Shown here: positions 1-10,122 of the stretch, piece after piece
Layout: every line of letters starts with the position of its first letter
Numbering within the stretch: the stretch's first letter is position 1
Source of the DNA: an uncultured Alphaproteobacteria bacterium
GTDB taxonomy: Bacteria > Pseudomonadota > Alphaproteobacteria > CAVTAV01
Assembly (NCBI GenBank): GCA_963821875.1
Contig: CAWGFE010000002.1
Span: 3,014,021-3,078,020, forward strand
Length of the DNA: 64,000 bases
Direction: 5' to 3'
Made by a program: the position numbers and the translations under genes
The notes under the pieces: model-generated
Database searches by the model: none
Seen by the model: the letters and a program-made list of their open reading frames with translations, nothing else
Told to the model about the DNA's origin: nothing

Positions 1-1529
1 ACGGGGAACAGCCGCACGGTGTCGTCGGCGTGGCCATCCAAGCGAGCATCGACTTCCGACAGCCACGCGGCGGTGTCGTGGATCGAAAAGATCGGGTCCG
101 AAACGCCCTGATAAATGATCATTTTGCCGCCATGCTTCTTGAAGCCGTCGATGTCCGGCGAGCGCGCGTTGATGTCCTGCCAAGCCGAGCGCGGGAAATC
201 CGCATTCGTCGCGTACATGAGAGGCGCATCTTTGTCGAAGTCGTAATGCAGCAGATAATTGAATGCCGGCTGCGGACCCGGCGGCAAAATCTTTGGCGGC
301 GTGGAAAAGACTTCGGCCAACGCGCCCGCGCCCAAACTGACGCCGATAGACAGGCCGCCGCCGGGACGGCCGGCATTGCCGCCCTTGGGCGTTGATCCGA
401 TCGTCCATGCGCGCCAACCTGGATCGGCTAATCCGGCATCCCAGGGAAACGTTACATAGAGCGCTTCACCCTTGCTGTTGTGGGGTCCTTCATAAAATTT
501 CTCGATGGCGGAGATCTGCGTTGCACTTAGGCAACCATCGGCCCTCTTTCCCTTGCATTCGACCTTGCGAAGCTGCGGCATGACTTTCTTGCTAGTGCAC
601 TGCTCGAAGTCGCCGACAAGGCCGTCCTTCACACCGTCGTCGGCATCACAGGCGGCCAGGATCGCTTTCCGAGCGAGTGCCAAGTCCGCGTCCGAGGCGC
701 TCTCGGCTAGCTTGGAGACCGACATTTTAGACGTCTTGCCATCACTCAAGACAGCGGCGAAGGCCTGAACGACCCACGGATGCCCCAGGGCCGCCCGCGG
801 CAACGACATACCGGGCGATCCCGCCAGGATTCCATCGAACGCATTTGGACGACGTTCGGCAAAGGACAGTCCCTCCTGCCCGCCTTTCGAGCAGCCAACG
901 AAATAGGAATGAACCGGCGACTTGTCGTAGTACTGCGCGATGATGGCCCGGGCCGCGTCATAGGTGGCCTCCTGGCCAGAATGACCGTAGTCGGAGCGCG
1001 CCTGCTCGTCGCGCCCGAACGAAACAGTGCCTCCTGCCGCGGGATCGTTGTTGATCTGGTTGTTATGGCCGGAGTCGTCGCTGACCACGGCATAGCCGGA
1101 AGCGATCGCCGGCGGCGCGGCGCCACCGACATTGCCGAGCGCGCTGCCGATATTGCCGTCCGAGCCGCCACCGCCTTCGAACAGGAAGCGGCCGTTCCAT
1201 TTCTCGGGAAGCCGGAGATGGAACCGGATCGCGTAATGATCGCCATCCTGGCCCGTCCGCTCATGCATGATGCCCATGATGTCGCAATGGGCCGGCAGGG
1301 GTGGGCTCTTCAAGTCTCCGAAGCCCAGATTGGCCGTGGTCCCCGCCGGCAGCCACTTGGCGCTTAGAATGCGAAGGGTCTTGTCAGGCCAGGAATGCGC
1401 ATTCGCGGCCAGGGCTTCGCAGGCGGCCTGATCCGGCGCCGCCAAAGCGGTCGTCATGGGAACGATGCCCGCGGCGAGCGCGATGACAGCCGACAGCACG
1501 ACGGAAAGTCTCACATTAGAAATCGTCAT
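1..1529 (-). CDS. tannase/feruloyl esterase family protein (secreted; partial, 3' end beyond window start)
   Basis: My own minus-strand translation reads MTISNVRLSVVLSAVIALAAG... with a VGCSKGGQEG (GCSxGG) nucleophile motif typical of the tannase/feruloyl esterase family. Start ATG is the reverse complement of 1527-1529. The ORF is absent from the track because it runs off the window. Confidence 0.7.
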   Translation of the reverse strand, partial: MTISNVRLSVVLSAVIALAAGIVPMTTALAAPDQAACEALAANAHSWPDKTLRILSAKWLPAGTTANLGFGDLKSPPLPAHCDIMGIMHERTGQDGDHYAIRFHLRLPEKWNGRFLFEGGGGSDGNIGSALGNVGGAAPPAIASGYAVVSDDSGHNNQINNDPAAGGTVSFGRDEQARSDYGHSGQEATYDAARAIIAQYYDKSPVHSYFVGCSKGGQEGLSFAERRPNAFDGILAGSPGMSLPRAALGHPWVVQAFAAVLSDGKTSKMSVSKLAESASDADLALARKAILAACDADDGVKDGLVGDFEQCTSKKVMPQLRKVECKGKRADGCLSATQISAIEKFYEGPHNSKGEALYVTFPWDAGLADPGWRAWTIGSTPKGGNAGRPGGGLSIGVSLGAGALAEVFSTPPKILPPGPQPAFNYLLHYDFDKDAPLMYATNADFPRSAWQDINARSPDIDGFKKHGGKMIIYQGVSDPIFSIHDTAAWLSEVDARLDGHADDTVRLFP

Positions 1530-1534
1530 GGCCG

Positions 1535-2653
1535 CTACTTTCCAAGATGTTTGTCGAAGAACTTGACGATCACATCGAAGCAATCGCGCGATTCGGGAAC
1601 GTCTGTGTTGTAGAAGAAACCGTGGAACATGCCCTCCCAGACATGGAGCTCGGCGTCGACCCCCTCCTTCACGAGCAGCGAATGGGAATAGACCGCCGAG
1701 CTGAGCTCGAAGCCGCGCGTACCGGTGATGATCAGGGTCGGCGGAAACTTGGCTAGCACATCGAGCGAGTTCGCGGGCGCAACCAGCGGATCCTTCAAGT
1801 CCACATTGGAGAGATAGCCCATCTGGCTTCCGCCTGGGGCCTTGCCGCCGGCACTCTTCTTCGGCGGCGCGAACATCATCCGCGCTTCGCCGGCGGGCGC
1901 AGCCGTGTAGTTGGCGTCACCGCCGAAGCCCTGCTTGGCGACTGTCAGTCCCGAGCAGAACAGCCCGACGGCGCCCGGGCGCGGTAGGTCGTGTTTCTGG
2001 AACCAGGCCACGGCCATGCCGGTCAACATGCCGCCGGCCGAGCAGCCATAGATTCCGATGTCCTCCGGCCGATAGGTCTTGAGCAGTTCCTTATAGGCCG
2101 CCGCGACATCCTCGCTCGCCGCCGGGAAATGGTATTTGGGTCCCTCGCGGTAATCGAGGCTGACGACTTTGATGCGCCCCATGGCCGCTACCGGAATCGA
2201 TTCGAGCTCGGCACACCCGGGCCAGCAGCCGGAGAAGCCGCCACCGTGCAGGTCGATCAGGACGCGCGTCTTGTTCTTCTCCGAGATACCGGCCTTCGGC
2301 GTGTAGACATAGGCATGAACGCCGCCGACCGTGGTGTCCGCGCGGTTCACCGCATAACGTTCCTTCTGGCGCTTCAGATAACCGGCGAGAAGCGGCGGAA
2401 CGCCATTCTTCTGCACCAGCATCGCCGGCTGCTGCACCTGCTTGAGATGCTCAGTGAGATAGGCCTTGCCCTCGGGGCTCAGAAACTCGGACACGGGAAC
2501 GGCCATCGCCGGCACATGCACGGTGCCGTCGTCATCCACCTTCAGCGCGTTCGGCCCAACTTGTGCCCAGGCGGCAGGCAAGAGAGCGGCAGAGGCAATC
2601 AGCGCGCAGCCGGTGGCGAGCGCGCGGACCAGTCGTTTCGATGTCTGGAACAT
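1535..2653 (-). CDS. secreted alpha/beta hydrolase, HSL-type esterase/lipase
   Basis: 372-aa ORF with a signal peptide, an HGGGF oxyanion motif, a GCSAGG nucleophile elbow, and a GGGGGAT RBS before the ATG. Only 5 bp upstream of the tannase-family gene, so likely an operon. Confidence 0.8.
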   Translation of the reverse strand: MFQTSKRLVRALATGCALIASAALLPAAWAQVGPNALKVDDDGTVHVPAMAVPVSEFLSPEGKAYLTEHLKQVQQPAMLVQKNGVPPLLAGYLKRQKERYAVNRADTTVGGVHAYVYTPKAGISEKNKTRVLIDLHGGGFSGCWPGCAELESIPVAAMGRIKVVSLDYREGPKYHFPAASEDVAAAYKELLKTYRPEDIGIYGCSAGGMLTGMAVAWFQKHDLPRPGAVGLFCSGLTVAKQGFGGDANYTAAPAGEARMMFAPPKKSAGGKAPGGSQMGYLSNVDLKDPLVAPANSLDVLAKFPPTLIITGTRGFELSSAVYSHSLLVKEGVDAELHVWEGMFHGFFYNTDVPESRDCFDVIVKFFDKHLGK

Positions 2654-2852
2654 TGATCCCCCCGGATCGTTTGGCAGGTTCCGAATTCGTATGTGATCGA
2701 TACGAAGTGTAGGCCCGACGGCGCGCTATTGCAATCGATTGTATAGCTAACTACAGTCGACTGACATCGCATACGCTCTACGGCGGCGCAGGCCGATATT
2801 TGCGCGCCTTGCGATGATCGTCGAGGGGACCAGTCTAAAGGGGGAAGATCGA

Positions 2853-3866
2853 ATGGACAGACTTGAACGGCGCGACTTTCTGGCGCTCGGTGGCTCCTTG
2901 CTTCTTGCTCAGGCAGCGGGCCTTACCCAAGCGGTCGCCGCAGAGTCGAGCTCCGCCGCCGCCCCGCCCGTTCCCAAGGCATTGCCCAAAGCCTGGACCA
3001 AGGCCCCGACAATTCCGTTATGGCCGGGCGAGCCGCCCGGCGGCGCGGATTACAAGCCACAAAAGCTCCCCGCCAACATGGACCCGACCTGGATTCGCAA
3101 TATCGCCCGGCCGGAGCTACATGTCTTCCGCCCGTCCAAGCCGAACGGACATGCGCTGCTGGTCATGCCGGGCGGAGCCTATCTGTTCGTGTCGATCGGC
3201 AATGAGGGTGTCGATGTCGCCAAGCGCATGAACACGCTCGGCACCACGGTCTTCGTCCTGACCTACCGCCTGCCGAACGAGGGTTGGACGCCGCGGGCGG
3301 ACGTGCCGTTGCAGGACGCCCAGCGCGCCATGCGCCTGATCCGCTCTCAAGCGGCGAAGTACAAAATCTCACCGGATACCCTGAGTGCGATCGGCTTCTC
3401 GGCAGGCGGCAACCTTGCGGCCTGCCTAGCCACGCAACATGCCGAGAAGGTCTATACCGCCGTGGATACAGCCGACCGCCTGAGCGCGAAGCCTTTCGCA
3501 GCCGGCCTGATCTATCCCGTCGTCACCATGGAGAAGCCGTGGACGCACGACCTGTCGCGACGCATGTTGCTTGGCGAACATCCTACGGACGCCGAGGTGG
3601 CGCACCGTTCGGCCGAGTTGCATGTCGATGCCGACACGCCGCCAACCTTCCTGGCTCACGCCATGGACGATACCGACGTGCCGGTCGAAAACAGCATTCA
3701 CATGATGGAAGCGCTGCGAAAGGCGAAACGGCCGGTCGAGGCGCATTTCTTCCAGGAAGGCCACCATGCCTTCGGCGTCGGCCGCCCGAACACGCCCTCG
3801 GCCCATTGGATCGACCTGTTCCACGCCTGGCATACGCGGCTGATCGAGACCGCTTCAACTCACTGA
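2853..3866 (+). CDS. Tat-exported alpha/beta hydrolase (esterase)
   Basis: Twin-arginine motif MDRLERRDFLALGG, then VMPGGAY and GFSAGG serine-hydrolase motifs and a C-terminal His. The start is chosen at the Met before the RR motif; the track ORF begins at 2814. Confidence 0.75.
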   Translation: MDRLERRDFLALGGSLLLAQAAGLTQAVAAESSSAAAPPVPKALPKAWTKAPTIPLWPGEPPGGADYKPQKLPANMDPTWIRNIARPELHVFRPSKPNGHALLVMPGGAYLFVSIGNEGVDVAKRMNTLGTTVFVLTYRLPNEGWTPRADVPLQDAQRAMRLIRSQAAKYKISPDTLSAIGFSAGGNLAACLATQHAEKVYTAVDTADRLSAKPFAAGLIYPVVTMEKPWTHDLSRRMLLGEHPTDAEVAHRSAELHVDADTPPTFLAHAMDDTDVPVENSIHMMEALRKAKRPVEAHFFQEGHHAFGVGRPNTPSAHWIDLFHAWHTRLIETASTH

Positions 3867-3894
3867 ATCAAAAGGCGTTTCTGAGGCTCAAGCA

Positions 3895-4770
3895 ATGATC
3901 AAAGATTGGTTCAGAAGCCCCGCCATTCTCGGAGCACTCGCGTTGCTCCTGATACCGGGCACCGGGGCCTTCGCACAGGCGCCGAAGGTTGGCATGGTCG
4001 AACGACCTTGCCCGCCACCGCTCGTTCTGCCCGCGGGCATGAAGGACGTCTTCATCGACGTCTTCGTCAAGCCGCGCAAATTGACACCCGCGGATACCGA
4101 TCGGGTGATCAAGGATCCGCGGATGGTGGAGTTCACCAAGAAGAATGCACAGCGCGCTCAAATGGATTGGGCCGGACTCTGCACCTATCACGCGGCCAAT
4201 GCGAAAGCGCTGGCGGCACCGGTCGCGCCGCGGGTCGTGTTCATGGGCAATTCGATCACTCAGAACTGGGGCCTCGCCGACCCGGATTTCTTCACTCACG
4301 GAATCCTCGATCGCGGTATCAGCGGCCAGACAAGCGCACAAATGCTGGTACGGTTCCGAGCAGACGTCGTTACGCTCAAGCCGAAGATCGTCCACATCCT
4401 CGCCGGTACCAACGATATTGCCGGGAACGCGGGGCCAGAGAGCCCGCAGGACTTTAAGAACAACATCATGGCGATGGTCGAGATCGCCAAAGCCAACAAC
4501 ATCACGGTCCTGCTCGGCAGTATTCCACCCACGGCGCATTTCTCGTGGCAGCCGACCGTCAATCCCGTGCCGTGGGTCGCGTCGTTGAACGACTGGCTCC
4601 GTGACTACGCCAAGCGGATGAATATCCGATATGTCGATTACCTCTCAGCGCTTGTCGGCAGATCGGGCGAGTTTCGCCCGGCCCTGAGCAATGACGGCGT
4701 ACATCCCAATCGCGACGGCTTTGCCATCATGCGACGGATCGTTGAGCCGATGTTGTCCGGACGGCACTAG
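3895..4770 (+). CDS. secreted SGNH/GDSL hydrolase
   Basis: Signal peptide, a GNSIT block (catalytic Ser), a GTND block and a C-terminal DGVHPN block. Confidence 0.8.
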   Translation: MIKDWFRSPAILGALALLLIPGTGAFAQAPKVGMVERPCPPPLVLPAGMKDVFIDVFVKPRKLTPADTDRVIKDPRMVEFTKKNAQRAQMDWAGLCTYHAANAKALAAPVAPRVVFMGNSITQNWGLADPDFFTHGILDRGISGQTSAQMLVRFRADVVTLKPKIVHILAGTNDIAGNAGPESPQDFKNNIMAMVEIAKANNITVLLGSIPPTAHFSWQPTVNPVPWVASLNDWLRDYAKRMNIRYVDYLSALVGRSGEFRPALSNDGVHPNRDGFAIMRRIVEPMLSGRH

Positions 4771-4852
4771 AGGGAAACCTCCGTTCTCTGTTAGAATTGG
4801 ACGGCGTGCCGGACAGATGTCGGACACGCTCTGACCTTGGGGGAAGTTCTTA

Positions 4853-6223
4853 GTGAGCGACGTGAAGACTGATACAACCGTCCTGATTGCGGGCGGCGGC
4901 ATAGGTGGCATGAGCCTAGCTCTCACTCTGCATCAGATCGGTGTCGAGTGCATGGTTTTCGAATCCGTGTCGGACCTCAAGCCTCTTGGGGTCGGCGTCA
5001 ATCTTCAGCCAAACGCGGTTCGTGAACTATACGATCTCGGCTTCGACGAGGCAGGTCTCAACACGATCGGCGTTCAAGCCAAGGAGTGGGCCCTGGTCGG
5101 CCGCAACGGAAAGGAAGTCTATTCGGAACCGCGTGGATTGCTGGCCGGATACCGCTGGCCCCAATATGCGGTTCACAGAGGGAAGCTTCAGATGCTTCTC
5201 TATAGCGAGGTGCTTAAGCGGCTAGGAGCGGATTCGGTGAAGTTGGGCCACCGAGTGACCGGATACCGGAATCGGTCGGACGGCCGAGGCGTAACGGCCC
5301 TGATAGAAACGCTGGTCGGAGAACGTCTTGAGATCGATGGCGCCCTTCTGATCGGCGTCGATGGTATTCACTCGGCGGTACGCGCGCAGATGTATCCCGA
5401 TCAGCCTCCGATAAATTGGGGCGGTGCGATCATGTGGCGGGGAACCAGCGCGGGATTTCCGATCAGGACCGGCTCCTCCTTCGTCGGGCTCGGCTCACAT
5501 ACGCATCGGCTGGTCTTCTATCCCATCTCGCTTCCCGACCCCGCCACGGGCTTGTCGACTATCAACTGGATCGCGGAGATCACAGTCGATAATTCCCTCG
5601 GCTGGACGAAAGGCGACTGGAACCGTCGCGCCAAACACAGCGAGTTCATGGGCTATTTCGAGGATTGGAAATACGATTGGCTCGACGTACCGGATATGTT
5701 GGGCCGTTCAGCCGAGGTTTTCGAATACCCCATGATCGATCGCGACCCGGTTCCGACCTGGGTCGATCGACGGGTTGCGCTTCTGGGCGACGCGGCGCAT
5801 GTGATGTATCCGACGGGCTCCAATGGTGCCAGTCAGGCGATTGTCGATGCTCGCGTTCTGGGCGCCGCAATGGTGGAACACGGCGTGACGCCGGATGCCC
5901 TGCAGGCATATGATGAGCGGCTCTGTGCGCCGATTTCGGCTTTGGTTCTCCGCAATCGCGGCGCAGGCCCGTTCGGCATACTCAACATCGTCGACGAACG
6001 TTGCGGCGGCATATTCGACGATATAAACGACGTTATCCCGGCTCAGGAGCTCGACGAGTTCATGGCTGGATACAAATCCGCGGCGGGCTTTGCGGTAGAG
6101 AAACTGAATGTGGCGGAGCCGACCATCGCGATGGGGAAGAGAGTCGCCTCGGCGAGAACCCGGCGGTCCGACGCCCCAAGCGGCCGCCGATCGGTGTTGC
6201 GCCCGTTCGCACCTACTTCTTGA
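4853..6223 (+). CDS. FAD-dependent aromatic monooxygenase (salicylate/3-hydroxybenzoate hydroxylase-like)
   Basis: N-terminal GGGIGG dinucleotide-binding motif, DGIHSAVR, and a GDAAH FAD-binding motif. 456 aa. Confidence 0.8.
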   Translation: MSDVKTDTTVLIAGGGIGGMSLALTLHQIGVECMVFESVSDLKPLGVGVNLQPNAVRELYDLGFDEAGLNTIGVQAKEWALVGRNGKEVYSEPRGLLAGYRWPQYAVHRGKLQMLLYSEVLKRLGADSVKLGHRVTGYRNRSDGRGVTALIETLVGERLEIDGALLIGVDGIHSAVRAQMYPDQPPINWGGAIMWRGTSAGFPIRTGSSFVGLGSHTHRLVFYPISLPDPATGLSTINWIAEITVDNSLGWTKGDWNRRAKHSEFMGYFEDWKYDWLDVPDMLGRSAEVFEYPMIDRDPVPTWVDRRVALLGDAAHVMYPTGSNGASQAIVDARVLGAAMVEHGVTPDALQAYDERLCAPISALVLRNRGAGPFGILNIVDERCGGIFDDINDVIPAQELDEFMAGYKSAAGFAVEKLNVAEPTIAMGKRVASARTRRSDAPSGRRSVLRPFAPTS

Positions 6224-7190
6224 TGAACTCCTTCACGGTCCAGCCTTTGTCGGCGCAGTAGCCGCAATCGGGACCGATGAACATCTTTCCGGCGCCGTCG
6301 TCGGATTTAAGTTGCCACTCGAGCCACTTCGTTGCGATCTGGCCATAAGCGCCGCCGTTCGCCTGCATATAGGTTCCGCCGTGACCAACGTCGTTATAGG
6401 CAAAGAAGACCGGCACCTGGTGGATCCGCGATACATCGTCGACACTATTCTTGAACGCGATGTCGGTCGGCCCTCCGTTGATATAAGCCACCGGAGCATG
6501 GAACTTTTGGAGGATGTCCTTGCCGACATTCAGTTCGTCGATCCCAGCCGGCGGCGCGCCATTGAAGACGCCGCTGTTCATGACGAGCGTGGTCGAAATG
6601 CGCGGATCCGGGGAGACGCGTATGGCTTGAAGCCCGCCGCAGCTATGTCCCGCGACAGCTATTCGGTTCGTGTCGATCTTGTGGAAAAAAGGACTGCCTC
6701 GGCGGTTCGTCTCGGCATCGGCCCAATTGATTGCATCATAGAACTGCGAGGCATGGGTCGCGGCCGGCGGCAGTGAATTCGGAACCGGCGCCGGGGCAGG
6801 AGCGGGCGACTGCGCCGCGGGCTCGGGTCGTTCCCTGCCCTCTTCTCGGGGATAGCCGAGCGAAATGACGAAGAACCCGTGCGAGGCGATTTCGCGGAGG
6901 AAAGCCGCATACATCAAACCGTTGTCCACGCACGCGCCGTTTCCCCAAATCACCAGCGGCAGCTTCTGGTCGGGCATCTTCGCCGGATGATACAGTGTGT
7001 GGGTCCGGAGCGATGCCACGGCCTCGGCGACGGCGGGCCATTGCCCCGTCCCGCTCGGCTCGCCGATCACGCCGACCGGCTTGGGAGCCGGCTTCGCGGC
7101 CTCGGCAGCGCCAGCACGACCTGGCGCGACCGCTAGCAGCAAAACCAGCACAAATGTCAAATAGCTACCGAAAAGCGGACCAATCTTCAT
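6213..7190 (-). CDS. secreted alpha/beta hydrolase (dienelactone hydrolase/PAF-AH-like)
   Basis: Signal peptide MKIGPLFGSYLTFVLVLLLAVAPGRAGA with a GGAGA RBS, and a GHSCGG nucleophile elbow. The track ORF extends upstream to 7487, but the Met at codon 100 plus RBS is the likely start. Confidence 0.7.
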   Translation of the reverse strand: MKIGPLFGSYLTFVLVLLLAVAPGRAGAAEAAKPAPKPVGVIGEPSGTGQWPAVAEAVASLRTHTLYHPAKMPDQKLPLVIWGNGACVDNGLMYAAFLREIASHGFFVISLGYPREEGRERPEPAAQSPAPAPAPVPNSLPPAATHASQFYDAINWADAETNRRGSPFFHKIDTNRIAVAGHSCGGLQAIRVSPDPRISTTLVMNSGVFNGAPPAGIDELNVGKDILQKFHAPVAYINGGPTDIAFKNSVDDVSRIHQVPVFFAYNDVGHGGTYMQANGGAYGQIATKWLEWQLKSDDGAGKMFIGPDCGYCADKGWTVKEFIKK

Positions 7191-7260
7191 CGTATTCTCC
7201 CCTGCATCAGAGTGTGAAAACCTCTTCGATGATCCGAATTCCCCAACGGTCCAATTGCGT

Positions 7261-8052
7261 CTAAGGCTCAACCAGGACTTCGACCCGTCGACGCGAAGCA
7301 TTCGGTAGGCCGTCAGCGTCCTGCACATCGATCGGCTGGGCCGCGTTGTGCCATTTGGTCGTGATCTTATCACGGGGCACGCCCAACAAAATGAACGCCT
7401 TAGTGATTTCCTGGGCCCTTTGACGCGCGATGTCGCGATTCTCCGCCATCGCATGACCTGACACGTCTTGAGGATCGGTAGCGGCATAGCCCGTCACCGT
7501 GATTTTGCTCGCGTGAACCCCGCGGATATAGGCGATGGCCTGGTCGAGGAGATAGTCGTCCAACTGATAAACGATGAAGTCTCGATCGAAATCAAAGAAA
7601 AGGTAGAAGGTCTTCGCCTGGAATGGTTTCGGCGGGACCGGCCGAGCTTCCGACATCGGTCGGACGTTGCGCTTCGGAAGAACGAACTTGCGGCCTGGAT
7701 AACCCTCCGCCGGCAGCATCATGGGCGTGCACCGCATGTCCAGAACCGACACGCGAACGGGATCGAGGGTCGGACTACCGCACGCCGCGCTATCGCTGGT
7801 AACACGCCCTTCGACGAGAATCGCACGACCGGTAAGCGGCTTGGTCGGCGATTTGCTGACATCGTAACGCACACCGGATTCGTGATCGTCGCTGAGCCAG
7901 CAACCGGACTTCTTGCCCGAATCCGCATCTCTGTAGATCGGACACGAAACGAATTGAACGATCTCCTGGGCCTGCGCCGCCATACCGACGAGGATGCCGG
8001 TGACCGCAACGACCGAGGACATCGCACGGACCATGGCCAATGGCGTCTTCAT
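7261..8052 (-). CDS. OmpA-family protein
   Basis: Signal peptide and a C-terminal OmpA-like domain (TVTGYAATDP...NRDIARQRAQEI...RRVEVLV). Confidence 0.75.
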   Translation of the reverse strand: MKTPLAMVRAMSSVVAVTGILVGMAAQAQEIVQFVSCPIYRDADSGKKSGCWLSDDHESGVRYDVSKSPTKPLTGRAILVEGRVTSDSAACGSPTLDPVRVSVLDMRCTPMMLPAEGYPGRKFVLPKRNVRPMSEARPVPPKPFQAKTFYLFFDFDRDFIVYQLDDYLLDQAIAYIRGVHASKITVTGYAATDPQDVSGHAMAENRDIARQRAQEITKAFILLGVPRDKITTKWHNAAQPIDVQDADGLPNASRRRVEVLVEP

Positions 8053-9563
8053 AGTACGCTCATGAGATTGACCAGATCCTGCTTTTCCTGCTCGGTGTAA
8101 CCGATGTTGTAACGCCGGTCGTAATAGTCGACGACATCACGCAAGGTCTTGGCGGAACCATTCGAAAAATAGGGCGGCCGGGCGGCCAGGCCGCGCATCG
8201 ACTGCAAGGTAATGCGGCCGACATCCATACAGCGCCCGGTGGTCAGGGCATAGCCCGGGTCATGGGTATAGATGACGCGGCCATAAAATGGATGCGGCTT
8301 GCCCTTGCAGGTAATCTTGAACAACGGAAGATCGGGCGCGGGATCAGCGAAAGGCAACGTCGTGGTCCCGAGATCCACTTGCCCCGGCGCAACATCGTTG
8401 CCCATCTGACTCATGTTGTGACAGAGCGCGCAGGCGTTTCGGACCGGATTGCCGAAGCCGATCGGCCAGTTGATGCCCATCGAATCCGAAATTAGGAAGG
8501 TCTTGTCTCGAAAGATCTTGGCTCCTCGTGCAACCAATTCACGGAAGGCGCGCTGCTCCGGCGTCAGATTTGCGTCCTTGGGGATGTTCGCCCAGGCTGC
8601 AAACTCGCTCCACACGGGCTGACCCTGATCGCCGAGTTGTCCGGGCTCCGAATTCGCAAGTTTCGCCGGCCCTCCAAAGGCGCCGCCGTCGTTAAGGGAG
8701 CCTCCGACATTGTCACGCTGTTGGGCGGTATAGAGATGGCTCTCGAAATCGACGATACGCTTCACCTGGTCCGGATCGAGCCGGCCCATGATCTCGAGAT
8801 GGGCACGCATGGCGTCGCGTGCCTGCTCGGCCAATGTGAATATTCTCGAGTCGGCCATCAGATTACCGCTCACCGGCTTACCGGTTTCCGGATCGAGCTT
8901 GAGCGGCATCCCACTCTTGGGGTCGTAGGGAAAGCCGATGGCGGTCAGGTACTTAAGATTCGAAACAGGTCGAGGCCGGCGATAGACCGACACTGTGGGA
9001 TTCGGCGCGTGGAGGCCATGATCCTTGCCGGTGTTGCAGCCCGTCGGATCGCGGACAACCTCGATGTCGAAATCGGGCGTGATGGTCTTGCCATTAAGAT
9101 CCCGAGGCGGCCAAGGCCGCTCAATACGGAACACGCCCCGCTCCAGAAGCAGCGAGTGGGACTTCTTCGGACCCTGCGGCAAATTGGGGCAATTCGATCC
9201 GTCATAGGCGGCGAAAAGCGGATCCTTGCCATCCGTTTCTTTCCAGCGTTCCTGGATCGTCTTTACCGACAGGCTCATCCCGTCGGCAGGCTGATGGCAG
9301 GTCACGCACGCGCGTCCATTCGGACCGATCGCGGTGAAGAACGGGTGCCCCTTCGTATCCAGCGGGCCATTCGTCAACAAGGTCTCGGTGACGCCAGACC
9401 CATCCCGATACTCAAGCTTGGCCGGAAAGATGCGCCCTTCACCCGGCGCCCACCAGTTGGAAGGTTTGTTCGCAGCAGTCGACTGCATACCGAACAACGT
9501 GATCCCCAACGACACGAGGCCAACGCCAAAGACCAGAAGGCACGAAATTTCTCGATGGCGCAT
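8049..9563 (-). CDS. di-heme cytochrome c (cytochrome-c peroxidase / DUF1111-like thiol oxidoreductase family)
   Basis: Two CxxCH heme motifs (CVTCH, CALCH), a transmembrane/signal N-terminus, 504 aa. Its stop overlaps the OmpA start by 4 nt (ATGA), indicating translational coupling. Confidence 0.65.
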   Translation of the reverse strand: MRHREISCLLVFGVGLVSLGITLFGMQSTAANKPSNWWAPGEGRIFPAKLEYRDGSGVTETLLTNGPLDTKGHPFFTAIGPNGRACVTCHQPADGMSLSVKTIQERWKETDGKDPLFAAYDGSNCPNLPQGPKKSHSLLLERGVFRIERPWPPRDLNGKTITPDFDIEVVRDPTGCNTGKDHGLHAPNPTVSVYRRPRPVSNLKYLTAIGFPYDPKSGMPLKLDPETGKPVSGNLMADSRIFTLAEQARDAMRAHLEIMGRLDPDQVKRIVDFESHLYTAQQRDNVGGSLNDGGAFGGPAKLANSEPGQLGDQGQPVWSEFAAWANIPKDANLTPEQRAFRELVARGAKIFRDKTFLISDSMGINWPIGFGNPVRNACALCHNMSQMGNDVAPGQVDLGTTTLPFADPAPDLPLFKITCKGKPHPFYGRVIYTHDPGYALTTGRCMDVGRITLQSMRGLAARPPYFSNGSAKTLRDVVDYYDRRYNIGYTEQEKQDLVNLMSVL

Positions 9564-9680
9564 CGACCTGTCCTGTTAGGATGATCCAGCTGATAAGCTA
9601 GGGGCCTGGTGCTTGCCGGCGTCCTGGAGCGGAGCCTAGATCAGCCCGGTGGACTGAGGCAATACGGTGCCGAACCTTTC

Positions 9681-10007
9681 TTAGATGAACGGGCTGAAAA
9701 CCTGATCCCAGAACCGTCGGGTTCTCCGGAACGGATCGGCTTCGGCGCCGCTCTTCTCGTCGAACGACATGGTCGTGCGCCGGTCGAGGTCGTAGGCCGG
9801 CCATGCCAGATCCTTGGTCGACGGATCGCCTGTATGCGCGAACGCTGCCCAGGCGGCGCTCATCACCGACGCCATGGCCTGCGCACGCGGGCCGCCGCCG
9901 GTGATCGGAGCGGTCTCCGGGGCGTCCGGATTGTCGAACACAAGTGAAACCTCCAGCCCGTGCGACGAGCGGAGTTTACCGTCCAATACTGGTGTCTCCC
10001 ATTGCAT
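9681..10007 (-). pseudogene. carboxylesterase type B C-terminal fragment (remnant)
   Basis: 108-aa ORF with SHGLEVSLVFDNPDAP...AWAAFAHTGDP, which resembles the C-terminal conserved blocks of the type-B carboxylesterases (compare HGSELAFVFG..WINFARTGNP in the full-length paralogs). There is no N-terminal catalytic domain upstream. Confidence 0.5.
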
Positions 10008-10122
10008 CTGATAGAGGAAGACGGGCGCGGACCTTGCACGGATTTCAGCTCGGCAATCTGTGTCGCGCCCCTTCTAAAGCCTGCCGAGCGGTCGGTTCCT
10101 ATAATGAAATAGAGATCCGAAG

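Noticed and set aside
746-1367. Track ORFs 780..1367 (+) and 746..1264 (-)
   Set aside because: Both lie inside or antisense to the long tannase-family reading frame that runs off the window. Their composition is Arg/Pro-rich and non-protein-like.
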